A stretch of 32,248 nt of DNA from an archaeon (GCA_043819075.1 JBDRFE010000032.1:1-32248); one strand, 5' to 3'; positions 8,067 to 16,411 are shown, numbered from the stretch's first letter. The notes: a model not told the origin generated them from the letters alone. Numbers and translations are program-made.

Positions 8067-8146
8067 TTTCGCGATTTCGCTCGCGAGTGACGAAATATGT
8101 CGCCGTGTTTACAACACGGCAGTAATATTCAATTACTCAGACAGCT

Positions 8147-8344
8147 GGACTGAACAAGAGGAATTTATTCCTCGTTTTCGCAAGCCTGCCTGCAAAGGCT
8201 TAAAGTGAATGTCCTGCACTGGTGTCAAACAGCCTTTCACTAGGCTGGCGCGTGTGCACTGCGTAAAGCAGTGCTAGCACGACCTTGAGTCGTGCGCAAG
8301 TGCCAGCTGATTGAACAGCTGACTGACATTGGCAGTTGTTGTCC
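8147..8344 (+). ncRNA. Putative multi-branched structured RNA of unknown class
   Basis: Closing helices GGAC/GTCC and AACAA/TTGTT enclose six hairpins and two internal long-range helices; GC-rich in an AT-rich genome; no plausible ORF. Confidence 0.55.
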
Positions 8345-8426
8345 AAAAGAAAAAGGGAAAAATTTCTGCAGTTTCGTTGTTTGACGAATTAATTGAATAA
8401 AAAGCTTTTTCTTTCTTCAGCGTAAT

Positions 8427-8840
8427 ATGAAAAGAGTTTATCTTGACGCAAATGTGTTTATTTCTGCACACAAAGAAGAAATGGGACGTAATGCCAGAGG
8501 CTTGTTCATTGAAGCAGAGTCATTTTTTAACAGAATGCAAAATAACTTCATTCTGATTTTATCAGAATTCTTTTTTGCAGAAGTCAAAAAACACAGTTAC
8601 CTAAGCATGGAAGAAGTGCTGAAATATTTTAATGACAGCCGGATTAAAACAGAGATAGTTGGGCTGAAAGAAAAATTACTGGTAAAAAAGTACTTGAAAA
8701 AAGGAATTCATTTTAGTGATGCACTCCACGCAGCAGCCGCAATAGAAAATAAATGCGACTGCATAGTTACTTTCAACACAAAAGATTTTGAAAAAATAAG
8801 CAAGGAAATTCTTGTTCTAGAACCAAATGAATTTTTCTAA
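8427..8840 (+). CDS. PIN-domain (VapC-like) protein
   Basis: VYLDANVF, E in AEVKK, DALHAAAA, IVTFNTKDF. Confidence 0.9.
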   Translation: MKRVYLDANVFISAHKEEMGRNARGLFIEAESFFNRMQNNFILILSEFFFAEVKKHSYLSMEEVLKYFNDSRIKTEIVGLKEKLLVKKYLKKGIHFSDALHAAAAIENKCDCIVTFNTKDFEKISKEILVLEPNEFF

Positions 8841-9121
8841 AGAAAACCTTTTTCTTTCATAAATTCAATTGCAAACTTGTCCCTTTCTTTTTTAGTTGGC
8901 ATTCTGCCTGTGTTGCCTCTTTTCTTTGATAATTCAGCAAGCTTTTTCATCCCTAGATGAATTTTTCTTAAACTTTCATCAGATTTCAGCATTTCCTCAA
9001 AATTCTTCCTGATGGCATCTTTCATAAACTCGCTTCTAGAAGAATACATCCCAGAAGAATCAATCAGCCTGTCAATAGCATCTACAAAACGTTCATCAAC
9101 TGCAACAGACAGCATTTTCAC
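8837..9121 (-). CDS. Ribbon-helix-helix (CopG/MetJ/NikR-like) protein, probable antitoxin
   Basis: MLSVAVDERFVDAIDRLI..G.YSSRSEFMKDAIR; GTG start with GGTGG SD. Confidence 0.85.
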   Translation of the reverse strand: MKMLSVAVDERFVDAIDRLIDSSGMYSSRSEFMKDAIRKNFEEMLKSDESLRKIHLGMKKLAELSKKRGNTGRMPTKKERDKFAIEFMKEKGFL

Positions 9122-9136
9122 AAAAAACCACCAAAA

Positions 9137-9157
9137 TAATATATTAGTAATATATTA
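9137..9157. promoter_or_regulatory. Tandem palindromes TAATATATTA-G-TAATATATTA, candidate RHH operator
   Basis: Two perfect 10-bp palindromes 16-36 nt upstream of the RHH start. Confidence 0.55.
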
Positions 9158-9178
9158 ATAAAGCTATTTGATGGTTTT

Positions 9179-9919
9179 TTATTCAAGTTCCTTTAATTTC
9201 CCAAAAAAATATGTTTTGTCTGCAACAATCCAGACTTCAAATGAATCAAGGTTTTGCTGCAGAAAAGGGCTTAACAGTTTTTCTTTTAACACATCAGTTC
9301 CCTCTGTTGTAAGATTAAAAGACGGGACAACAATCAAGTCTTTGGAATTAAATTTTCCTTTTAAAAAGCACTTGAATTTTTCTTTTTTAACGCCTTCAGA
9401 CAAGGTTACTGCAGGATGTTCATGGCCTATTACAAGAATTTTTGCTTTATTGAATTCCTGTGAAACAGGAATTTTGTCGCCGTGCAAAAAAAGAATTTTT
9501 TCTTTTTCAAGAAAAAAATAATCCTGAATACTGAGCTTATTCCATTTAGCGATTGGCCCCAAAACATTATCATGGTTTCCTTTCAAAAGAATTATTTTTT
9601 CAGAGTTTAAGTTAAAGAATGCAAGCATTCTTGAAACCTCACTCCATTCCTGCTGGGAAATTAATCCAAACTCGTGTTTTAAGTCGCCTAAAATAATTAT
9701 TTTTTCCACTTTGCCTGTAACAGAAAAAATTTTGTTCAGTCTTTTAATCGAGTCATTGAAATTAAATTTTGGCACTGCAACGCCTTGTTTCATTAAAGCT
9801 TCTTCAAAACCTAAATGCAGGTCAGTTAAAACCAGAATTCCTTTTTTTGGAAAAAACAGGCTTAAGTCAATGATTTCTGCTTCAGCCAGGATTTTCTTGA
9901 TTAAAATTTTTGGCTTCAT
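9179..9919 (-). CDS. Calcineurin-like metallophosphoesterase (COG1407, Lhr-associated type)
   Basis: DLHLG, GDLKH, GNHD, HGD, GHEHP motifs. Confidence 0.9.
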   Translation of the reverse strand: MKPKILIKKILAEAEIIDLSLFFPKKGILVLTDLHLGFEEALMKQGVAVPKFNFNDSIKRLNKIFSVTGKVEKIIILGDLKHEFGLISQQEWSEVSRMLAFFNLNSEKIILLKGNHDNVLGPIAKWNKLSIQDYFFLEKEKILFLHGDKIPVSQEFNKAKILVIGHEHPAVTLSEGVKKEKFKCFLKGKFNSKDLIVVPSFNLTTEGTDVLKEKLLSPFLQQNLDSFEVWIVADKTYFFGKLKELE

Positions 9920-9944
9920 AATAAAACAATCTTTTTTGTTGTTA

Positions 9945-10037
9945 TTAATTTTTTTCCTTAAACCATTCTTTTAGCAACGGGTTAAGCGTTGAGTAAATCT
10001 GTTCATCAGAATATTTTTCTTTTTGTGTTTCAATCAT
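9945..10037 (-). pseudogene. lhr: 30-codon N-terminal remnant of archaeal Lhr helicase (MIETQKEKYSDEQIYSTLNPLLKEWFKEKN*)
   Basis: Matches my recollection of archaeal Lhr N-termini (Y.DEEI...L.P.V.EWF..KF); lies directly upstream of the COG1407 gene that usually follows lhr. Confidence 0.7.
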
Positions 10038-10140
10038 TTAACCACGCAAAAAAATAATGAAATAAAAATAAAACCAATTAGTTAGGCAAGCATTACAATT
10101 GTGGCTGAAAAGGATTAAAATAGTATTCAGTAAGCTGAAC

Positions 10141-11115
10141 TCAGACTAACTTGACTTGTTTGTCTATTTTGAATAACTCTGAAACTGACTGGGAAGTGTG
10201 GATGTTCTGGATTGCTTTTGCCAAAAGCTCTGCAATCGGAAGCACCTTGATTTTTTTGCATTTAGCTGCTTTTCCGTTCAATGGAATTGAATCAGTTACA
10301 ACTATTTCTTCTATTGCAGACTTGTTTATTCTTTCAACTGCATTGCCTGAAAGCACTGCGTGAGTTACATAAGCCCTTACGCTTAAAGCGCCTTTTTTCT
10401 TTAATTCTTCTGCTGCAGCACACACTGTTCCCGCAGTATCAATTATGTCATCAACTAAAATGCAGTTTTTTCCCTTAAAGTTTCCGATTAAATGCATTAC
10501 CTGGGATTTATTCGGCTTTTCCCTGTACTTGTCTACTATCACTAAATTTGCGTCAAGCATTTTAGATAAATCTCTTGCCCTTCTGACTCCCCCTATGTCA
10601 GGCGAAACAATGCTTAATTTTGAAAGATTTTTTGCCTTAATATGGTCTGCAGCCAAAAGCTTTGTGGTAAGGTTATCTAATTGAATATTAAAAAAGCCCT
10701 GTATTTGGGCTGCATGCAAGTCAACTGCCAATACTCTGCTTGCGCCTGCAACACTGATTAAATCTGCAACAAGTTTTGCACTGATTGGAGTCCTAGGAGA
10801 GCTTTTTCTGTCCTGCCTTGCATAACCATAATATGGAATTACTGCAGTAATTCTTTGAGCTGAAGCCCTTTTAGCTGCATCCAAAAACAACAGCAGTTCC
10901 ATTAAAGTTTCATTTGTAGGAAAACAGGTTGACTGAATAAAATAAACATCATGGCCTCTGACTGATTCATCTATTTCAAGGTTTATTTCCCCGTCACTGA
11001 ACTTTGATATTTTGATTTCGCCGAGGCTTTTTCCAATAAAAGAAGCAATGTTTTCTGAAAGAATTGGGTTGGAGGTTCCGCTGAAAACCTTGAGGTCAAA
11101 TTCTTTTTCTAGCAT
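10141..11115 (-). CDS. prs: Ribose-phosphate pyrophosphokinase (class I, bacterial-like)
   Basis: FSDGEI, PYYGYARQDRK, DLHAAQIQGFF, VSPDIGG, LVDDIIDTAGT; start likely ATG 11115 (in-frame upstream ATG at 11184). Confidence 0.96.
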   Translation of the reverse strand: MLEKEFDLKVFSGTSNPILSENIASFIGKSLGEIKISKFSDGEINLEIDESVRGHDVYFIQSTCFPTNETLMELLLFLDAAKRASAQRITAVIPYYGYARQDRKSSPRTPISAKLVADLISVAGASRVLAVDLHAAQIQGFFNIQLDNLTTKLLAADHIKAKNLSKLSIVSPDIGGVRRARDLSKMLDANLVIVDKYREKPNKSQVMHLIGNFKGKNCILVDDIIDTAGTVCAAAEELKKKGALSVRAYVTHAVLSGNAVERINKSAIEEIVVTDSIPLNGKAAKCKKIKVLPIAELLAKAIQNIHTSQSVSELFKIDKQVKLV

Positions 11116-11187
11116 TAAACCACTCGAAGAACCCACAAATAATATTAACACCAAAAACCTTAAAAACAAAATTTTGTTTTGCATCAG

Positions 11188-11340
11188 TCACGCTTTAGTG
11201 AAAGAAATCACCAGGCCTTTATCTGTTTTTTTTATTTTTTCTATTGCAATTTTCTGGCCTGATTTCTTGCCGGCTGGCTGGTTTCCTTGTTTCATTAAAA
11301 CACCTTTCCTGTCCTTTAACTGGTTTTTTTCAGGTTTCAT
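11188..11340 (-). CDS. Small basic hypothetical protein (35-50 aa; ...KIAIEKIKKTDKGLVISFTKA)
   Basis: In-frame ATGs at 11340 and 11295 (the latter with an AGGTG SD); TGA 11188-11190. Confidence 0.4.
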   Translation of the reverse strand: MKPEKNQLKDRKGVLMKQGNQPAGKKSGQKIAIEKIKKTDKGLVISFTKA

Positions 11341-11415
11341 GTATACTTTAAAGTTGTCTTTCTTTAAATATTTTTTGGATTTTTATAATACATACACTAT
11401 CAAAGGGGGGTTGTT

Positions 11416-11904
11416 ATGGGAACAATTGGAAAAAAAATTGTCGGAATGGATGTAACCAATTTAATTGCTTCACTCAACAAGGCTTTAGCAGATGAATGGC
11501 TTGCATACTACCAGTACTGGGTCGGGGCAAAAGTAGTGAAAGGGCCGATGAAAGACGCAGTAATAGCTGAATTAAACCAGCATGCAGCAGACGAATTAAG
11601 GCATGCAGGAATGCTTGCTGACAGAATACTGCAATTAGGCGGAAACCCATTGCTTCATCCAAAAGAATGGCTTGAAAAAACAGGTTGTGGTTATGCCGAG
11701 CCAAAAGACTTTTTTGTGAAAAAAATTTTAGAGCAAAACATTAAAGGAGAGCAATGCGCAATTTCTTTCTACCAGAAACTATCAGAAGAAACAAAAAACA
11801 ATGATGTAATAACATTCAATATTCTTGTGTCAATTCTCACAGATGAAGTTGAACACGAAGAAGACCTGCAGAATTTAGAAGAAGACCTTAAGTCAATGAA
11901 ATAA
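11416..11904 (+). CDS. DPS-like (DPSL) ferritin-superfamily protein
   Basis: ADEWLAYYQYW, DELRHA, GEQCAI, DEVEHE di-iron ligands plus the Cys pair characteristic of DPSL. Confidence 0.9.
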   Translation: MGTIGKKIVGMDVTNLIASLNKALADEWLAYYQYWVGAKVVKGPMKDAVIAELNQHAADELRHAGMLADRILQLGGNPLLHPKEWLEKTGCGYAEPKDFFVKKILEQNIKGEQCAISFYQKLSEETKNNDVITFNILVSILTDEVEHEEDLQNLEEDLKSMK

Positions 11905-11931
11905 TGCATTAAAACAAAAAGAGGTAATTGC

Positions 11932-13194
11932 ATGAAAATAGATTTCATTAAAGGAAGACAAGTATTTGATTCAAGGGGCAATCCTACAGTTGAAGCAGAA
12001 GTCAGGGCAGGAAAAATAACTGAAAAAGCAATTGTTGCAAGCGGTGCATCAACCGGAAGCAATGAAGCAATAGAGTTAAGGGATAAAGGAAAAGCTTTCA
12101 GTGGAAAAGGCGTTTTAAAAGCAGTTGAAAATATTAATAAAAAAATTTTTCCAAAACTAAAGGGAATGAATCCAGAAGAACAAAAAGAAATTGACAACAC
12201 ACTGATTGAATTAGACGGAACAGAAAACAAAAGCGTTTTAGGGGCAAATGCTGTTGTCTCGGTCAGCATGGCTGTGGCAAGGCTTGGGGCAAAAGCAAAA
12301 GAAATTCCATTATATGAACATTTAGGCGGGTTAGCGGGAAACAAAAAATTTGTTTTGCCTGTTCCGCAAATGAATGTATTGAACGGGGGAAAGCATGCAG
12401 GATTAGAAAATGATATTCAGGAAAGAATGATTTTTCCTTCAAAAGCAAAAACTTTTTCTCATGCAATGCAGATGTCAACTGAAATATACCATGAATTAAA
12501 GGCTTTAATGAAAAAAAAGTTTGGTGATTTAGCCGGCTTAATCGGAGATGAAGGCGGTTTTGTTGCAAGAATACAAAGTGAAGAAGAAAAATTAGAGTTA
12601 ATCCTTAAAGCAATAGATGAAACAGGCTATTCAAGGGAAGTTGATTTAGCAATTGATTGTGCGTCAAGCGAGTTCTACAAAAACAAAAAATACTTTTTGG
12701 GAAACAAAAGTTTTTCTGCAGGAGACTTAATTGACTTTTATTCTGATTTAAGCGGAACATTCAGGATTAAATCAATTGAAGACGGCATGGCAGAAAATGA
12801 CTGGAGTGGCTGGAATCAATTAACATCCAAGCTTGGAAAAAAAATCCAGATAGTAGGAGACGATTTACTTGTAACAAATATTAAGTTCATTGAAAAAGCT
12901 GTAAAAGAAAAATCATGCAATTCGCTTTTGCTGAAAGTGAACCAGATTGGCTCTGTGACAGAATCAATTGAATCAGCTCAGCTTGCATTCAAGAATAACT
13001 GGAGTGTTGTTGTCTCGCATAGAAGCGGTGAAACAGAGGATTCTTTTATTGCAGATTTAGCTGTTGGATTAGGATGCGGGCAAAGCAAGTTCGGTGCCCC
13101 GGCAAGAAGCGACAGGAACTCAAAATACAATCAATTGTTGAGAATTGAAGAAGAATTAAATGAAAAAGGAAAAGCGGTTTATGGAAGAAAATAA
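11932..13194 (+). CDS. eno: Enolase
   Basis: DSRGNPTVE, SGASTG, GDEGGF, LLLKVNQIG, VSHRSGETED. Confidence 0.98.
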   Translation: MKIDFIKGRQVFDSRGNPTVEAEVRAGKITEKAIVASGASTGSNEAIELRDKGKAFSGKGVLKAVENINKKIFPKLKGMNPEEQKEIDNTLIELDGTENKSVLGANAVVSVSMAVARLGAKAKEIPLYEHLGGLAGNKKFVLPVPQMNVLNGGKHAGLENDIQERMIFPSKAKTFSHAMQMSTEIYHELKALMKKKFGDLAGLIGDEGGFVARIQSEEEKLELILKAIDETGYSREVDLAIDCASSEFYKNKKYFLGNKSFSAGDLIDFYSDLSGTFRIKSIEDGMAENDWSGWNQLTSKLGKKIQIVGDDLLVTNIKFIEKAVKEKSCNSLLLKVNQIGSVTESIESAQLAFKNNWSVVVSHRSGETEDSFIADLAVGLGCGQSKFGAPARSDRNSKYNQLLRIEEELNEKGKAVYGRK

Positions 13195-13197
13195 TTT

Positions 13198-13731
13198 TCA
13201 GTCAAAATCATAATCTAAGTCGTAATCCCTGTCCAAGGTCTCAAATTCTTCCGGAAAGAAAGGGCTTGCCTCTAATTCTTCTACTTCTTCTTCAAAGAAC
13301 TGGATTTTGCCGTCCTTTCTCTTAAAAACTTTTTTTTCTTTCGGCTTTTCTTCTTTTTTTTCCTCTTTTTTTTCAGTTACCTGAATTTTTTTGGAGGCTT
13401 TTGGGGGTGTTACTTTTTTCACCGGTTTTTTCTTTAACTGCATCTTTTTTTCCTTCAATGCATTCTTTTTTTGCTTAAGAGGCTTATTTTTTTTGTCTGA
13501 AAGCTTTTTCTTCGGGGTTTTTTTCTTTGCTGGTTTTTTAGCTGATTTAACTGATTTATTTCTTTTAATCATGTGTTTCCCTGCCTTAAGTTTATTTATT
13601 AATTTCTTTTTTGGCTTTAGCTTAACTTTTTTTCTGGCTGATTTTTTTTTCACTGGATTCTTTCCTTTAAACAATTTTTTTTTAGCCAAAGCTTTTTTTG
13701 CTTTCATTGGTTTCTTCGTATTCTTTTTCAT
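13198..13731 (-). CDS. Lys-rich low-complexity protein with acidic C-terminal tail
   Basis: Histone-H1-like K/A/P-rich body, then FFEEEVEELEASPFFPEEFETLDRDYDLDYDFD; start likely ATG 13731. Confidence 0.7.
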   Translation of the reverse strand: MKKNTKKPMKAKKALAKKKLFKGKNPVKKKSARKKVKLKPKKKLINKLKAGKHMIKRNKSVKSAKKPAKKKTPKKKLSDKKNKPLKQKKNALKEKKMQLKKKPVKKVTPPKASKKIQVTEKKEEKKEEKPKEKKVFKRKDGKIQFFEEEVEELEASPFFPEEFETLDRDYDLDYDFD

Positions 13732-13833
13732 TGAATCATTACATTTTTTCCAGAAAAAATATTTAAACCTTTTTACTGCAAACAAATCCCTTTAATAAAA
13801 CTTCACTTTATAACTATATGGGGGGAACTCTGT

Positions 13834-13971
13834 ATGCCTGTTGGAATAGTCAAACAAAATGTCATGTTCACTGAAAGAATGGAATTATTGGACAAAAAAA
13901 TAAGGGATCTGCAAAACGAGCAAATAAACCTTAATGTAAGATTAAGTTCTCTGGAGAACAAAAAGCATTAA
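13834..13971 (+). CDS. 45-aa coiled-coil protein (MPVGIVKQNVMFTERMELLDKKIRDLQNEQINLNVRLSSLENKKH), not in the ORF track
   Basis: GGGGGG SD, TATA-like TTTATAA upstream, heptad pattern; TAA overlaps the convergent stop. Confidence 0.6.
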   Translation: MPVGIVKQNVMFTERMELLDKKIRDLQNEQINLNVRLSSLENKKH

Positions 13972-14156
13972 AAGTTTGTCCAGAACCTTTTATCCCTTCT
14001 TTTTTCTGCTACTTCCTTTTCAATTTCTTCTTTTGACAGTTTTTCTTTTGGCTGGCTTATCGGAGACCTTTTAGCTTCTTCTTCTTCAACGCAGTCCTCG
14101 CATAATCCACCTTTCAATTCATCTCTTTTATCGCATTTCCTGCATTTTCCCATCAT
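13968..14156 (-). CDS. Small zinc-finger protein
   Basis: CRKC...CEDC followed by a charged helix. Confidence 0.65.
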   Translation of the reverse strand: MMGKCRKCDKRDELKGGLCEDCVEEEEAKRSPISQPKEKLSKEEIEKEVAEKRRDKRFWTNF

Positions 14157-14239
14157 TTTAAATCAAATATAACCTATAAACAAAGTGATTAATAAGTCTT
14201 TTTATTTCATTAGTAACTTGTAACTTCATGCAACCTGCG

Positions 14240-14327
14240 CTTATAAGCCTTTTATTTTATCAGCTCTTTCAGGCTACTGACTCTTATAAGCTTTTATTCC
14301 ATCAGCTCTTTCATGTGGCTGACTCTT
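14240..14327. repeat. Imperfect tandem ~45-bp duplication of the purD 3' end
   Basis: CTTATAAGCCTTTTATTTTATCAGCTCTTTCAGGCTACTGACTCTT (14240-14285) vs CTTATAAGCTTTTATTCCATCAGCTCTTTCATGTGGCTGACTCTT (14283-14327). Confidence 0.85.
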
Positions 14328-15604
14328 TTTTCTATTAAAGCTTTTGTCCCGATATCTTTTCTGAAAAAAACTTTTCCTTGAACTGATTCAACTGCTTTCT
14401 GAGCTTTCTGCTCTGCTTCTTCTAGCGTGTTTCCAATTCCAACAAAAGCAATTGCCCTTGAACCAGTCATTAAATAGTGGCCGTTTTTTTCGTCTATTGC
14501 GCCAAAAAAATGTTTTGCCTCTTTTGACGGGGTGAATTCAATGAACTGGTTTTTTATTGAAGCAATAGGATAGCCTTCTGGCACAACATACTTGCAGACA
14601 GAAGCCTTTGATTCAAACTCCAAAGAAATTTCATTTAACCTTTCCTCAATTACTGCACTGCATACTTCAGTTAAATCTGTTTTCATTAAAGGAAGAACAT
14701 TCATTGCTTCCGGGTCGCCGAATCTTGCATTAAATTCAATTACTTTAACTCCTTTTTTTGTCAGCATAAACCCGCCGTATAAAATTCCTTTGAACCCTGT
14801 TTTTGTTTCTTTTTTTAAAGCCAGAACAGTTTTTTCCATTATCTTATGCGCTTCTTTTAAGTGCTTTTCTTCTAAGAAAGGAAGCAAATGGTTTTCACAG
14901 GAATAAGAGCCCATTCCGCCACAATTTGGGCCCAAATCATTTTCAAACGCCCTTTTATGGTCTTGAACTGGAACAGTGTCTAAAACAGTTTTTCCGTCAC
15001 AAAAAGACTGTAAAGAAAATTCTTCTCCTTCAAGTTTTTCTTCTAGTATTACTTTTCCTTTTCTCAGCAAAGAATCAGCATAACTTAATCCTTCTTCCAG
15101 TGAATCAAAATGGTCGCCCTGGACTTTAACTCCTTTTCCTCCGGTTAAGCCGTCTGGCTTGACTACGATTTCACCTAATTTTTCTGCAAAATCTTTCATG
15201 CCTTTTTGTTCTGAAAAAACCTTGAATTCAGACAGGCCGTCAATTCCGTGTTTTAACATTAATTCTCTTGCAAAGCCTTTGCTTGACTCAATTCTTGCAG
15301 CAGATTTTTTTGGCCCAAAGGAAGGAACATTAATTTTTTCCAGTTCATCTGCTAAGCCTGCTGCAATAGGGTCATCTGGTCCGATAAAACAAAAATCCGG
15401 CTTAATTTTTTTTGCGTAATCAACAATAAAAGGAAAATCCATTACAGAATGAGCAATTAATTGTTTTGCTTTTTGTTTCACGCCTGGGTTAAGAGAAGGC
15501 ATAATCGCATAAAGCTCTGGCTTGCTTTTGCTTTTAACCAATGATTCTGCAACACAGTCTTCTCTTGCAGTTGAACCAATTAAAAGTATTTTCATTTCTT
15601 TCAC
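14294..15604 (-). CDS. purD: Phosphoribosylamine-glycine ligase
   Basis: VVKPDGLTGGKGV, QDHKRA, GPNCGGMGSY, EFNARFGDPE; start may be MKILL at 15595. Confidence 0.97.
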   Translation of the reverse strand: MKEMKILLIGSTAREDCVAESLVKSKSKPELYAIMPSLNPGVKQKAKQLIAHSVMDFPFIVDYAKKIKPDFCFIGPDDPIAAGLADELEKINVPSFGPKKSAARIESSKGFARELMLKHGIDGLSEFKVFSEQKGMKDFAEKLGEIVVKPDGLTGGKGVKVQGDHFDSLEEGLSYADSLLRKGKVILEEKLEGEEFSLQSFCDGKTVLDTVPVQDHKRAFENDLGPNCGGMGSYSCENHLLPFLEEKHLKEAHKIMEKTVLALKKETKTGFKGILYGGFMLTKKGVKVIEFNARFGDPEAMNVLPLMKTDLTEVCSAVIEERLNEISLEFESKASVCKYVVPEGYPIASIKNQFIEFTPSKEAKHFFGAIDEKNGHYLMTGSRAIAFVGIGNTLEEAEQKAQKAVESVQGKVFFRKDIGTKALIEKRVSHMKELME

Positions 15605-15640
15605 CTGAATTAAATAAAATATAACTCCTTAAAACTGTTT

Positions 15641-16411
15641 TTATTTTTTTTCCTGCAGTTCGGTTAAAGTGAACTGTTTTTTGTGTAATCCTTTTATTTC
15701 TGCATGAGGATTGCTTATTTCATAGTCTAACCTGCAGTATTCTAAGCCGTATTTTTCAAGCAATTCCATTGCAGGGTTGCCGATTGATGGCGCACAAAGA
15801 ATGCCTCTTGTCTTTCTTTCTTTCATTGACTGAACCTGATGCATGTAGCTGTGCAGCTGCCGAACAGAATTTAAGTCAGCCCGCCTTCTTTTCACTTCAA
15901 TTACAACTAAATTATTGTTTTTGTCTTCTGCCATAATGTCAACTGTTCCTTTCCTTAAAGCCACTTCATTTTTTAACGGAATCAAGCCTTGTTCTAAAAC
16001 ACTTAAATCCTGCATAAGCAAATCGCTTAACTCTTTTTCAGAGCCAAACAAACGCAGTTCTTTTTCTCCTTCTATTTCAAAGGATTCAGCAAAATCAATG
16101 CTGTAAAAAAAGACGTCAATTTTTTCTTTTGGCTTTCTTTTGGAAGCAGAAATAACCAAAGCATTTTTTTCATTGTCTAATACAACTGAAGCAGTTGCAT
16201 TCATCATGTAATTGATTGGCCTTAATTTGGTGTTCTGGTGGATTGCAAAGCTTTTATCGCCTTTAATTAACAGCATTCTTTTTCCTTCAGCTAGTTTGCT
16301 TCCTGCTCTTCCCTGATACTGCACAAAACAGTTTCCGATTACAATCAGCATTCTGCCAGAGTCAATTGAAGAACAGATTTTTTCTTTTGCCTCGGCTAAG
16401 CGGAAAGCCAT
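15641..16411 (-). CDS. nucS: Endonuclease NucS/EndoMS
   Basis: C.V.Y.GRA.S.L..G.R...IK.D....IH, P.NY, RecB-like D-I...VIEVKR...QL..Y; C-terminal PIP-like QFTLTEL. Confidence 0.95.
   Translation of the reverse strand: MAFRLAEAKEKICSSIDSGRMLIVIGNCFVQYQGRAGSKLAEGKRMLLIKGDKSFAIHQNTKLRPINYMMNATASVVLDNEKNALVISASKRKPKEKIDVFFYSIDFAESFEIEGEKELRLFGSEKELSDLLMQDLSVLEQGLIPLKNEVALRKGTVDIMAEDKNNNLVVIEVKRRRADLNSVRQLHSYMHQVQSMKERKTRGILCAPSIGNPAMELLEKYGLEYCRLDYEISNPHAEIKGLHKKQFTLTELQEKK

Noticed and set aside
8147..8344. RNase P RNA or SRP RNA
   Set aside because: AGTGAATGTCC only loosely resembles GAGGAAAGTCC and no matching 3' P4 strand (ACAGAA...GGCTTA) is present; no SRP helix-8 GGAA motif on either strand.
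7775..8471. Short ORFs 7775-7966(-) and 8274-8471(-)
   Set aside because: They cross hairpin-dense non-coding sequence or overlap the PIN gene, and show no recognisable motifs.
11769..12344. 191-aa ORF on -
   Set aside because: Antisense to enolase and the DPSL gene.
13391..13795. Phe-rich 134-aa ORF on +
   Set aside because: Antisense shadow of the Lys-rich gene (AAA codons read as TTT).
14240..14327. DGR template/variable repeat or CRISPR repeat
   Set aside because: Only two adjacent copies, no spacer, differences not confined to adenines, and no reverse transcriptase or cas gene in the window.
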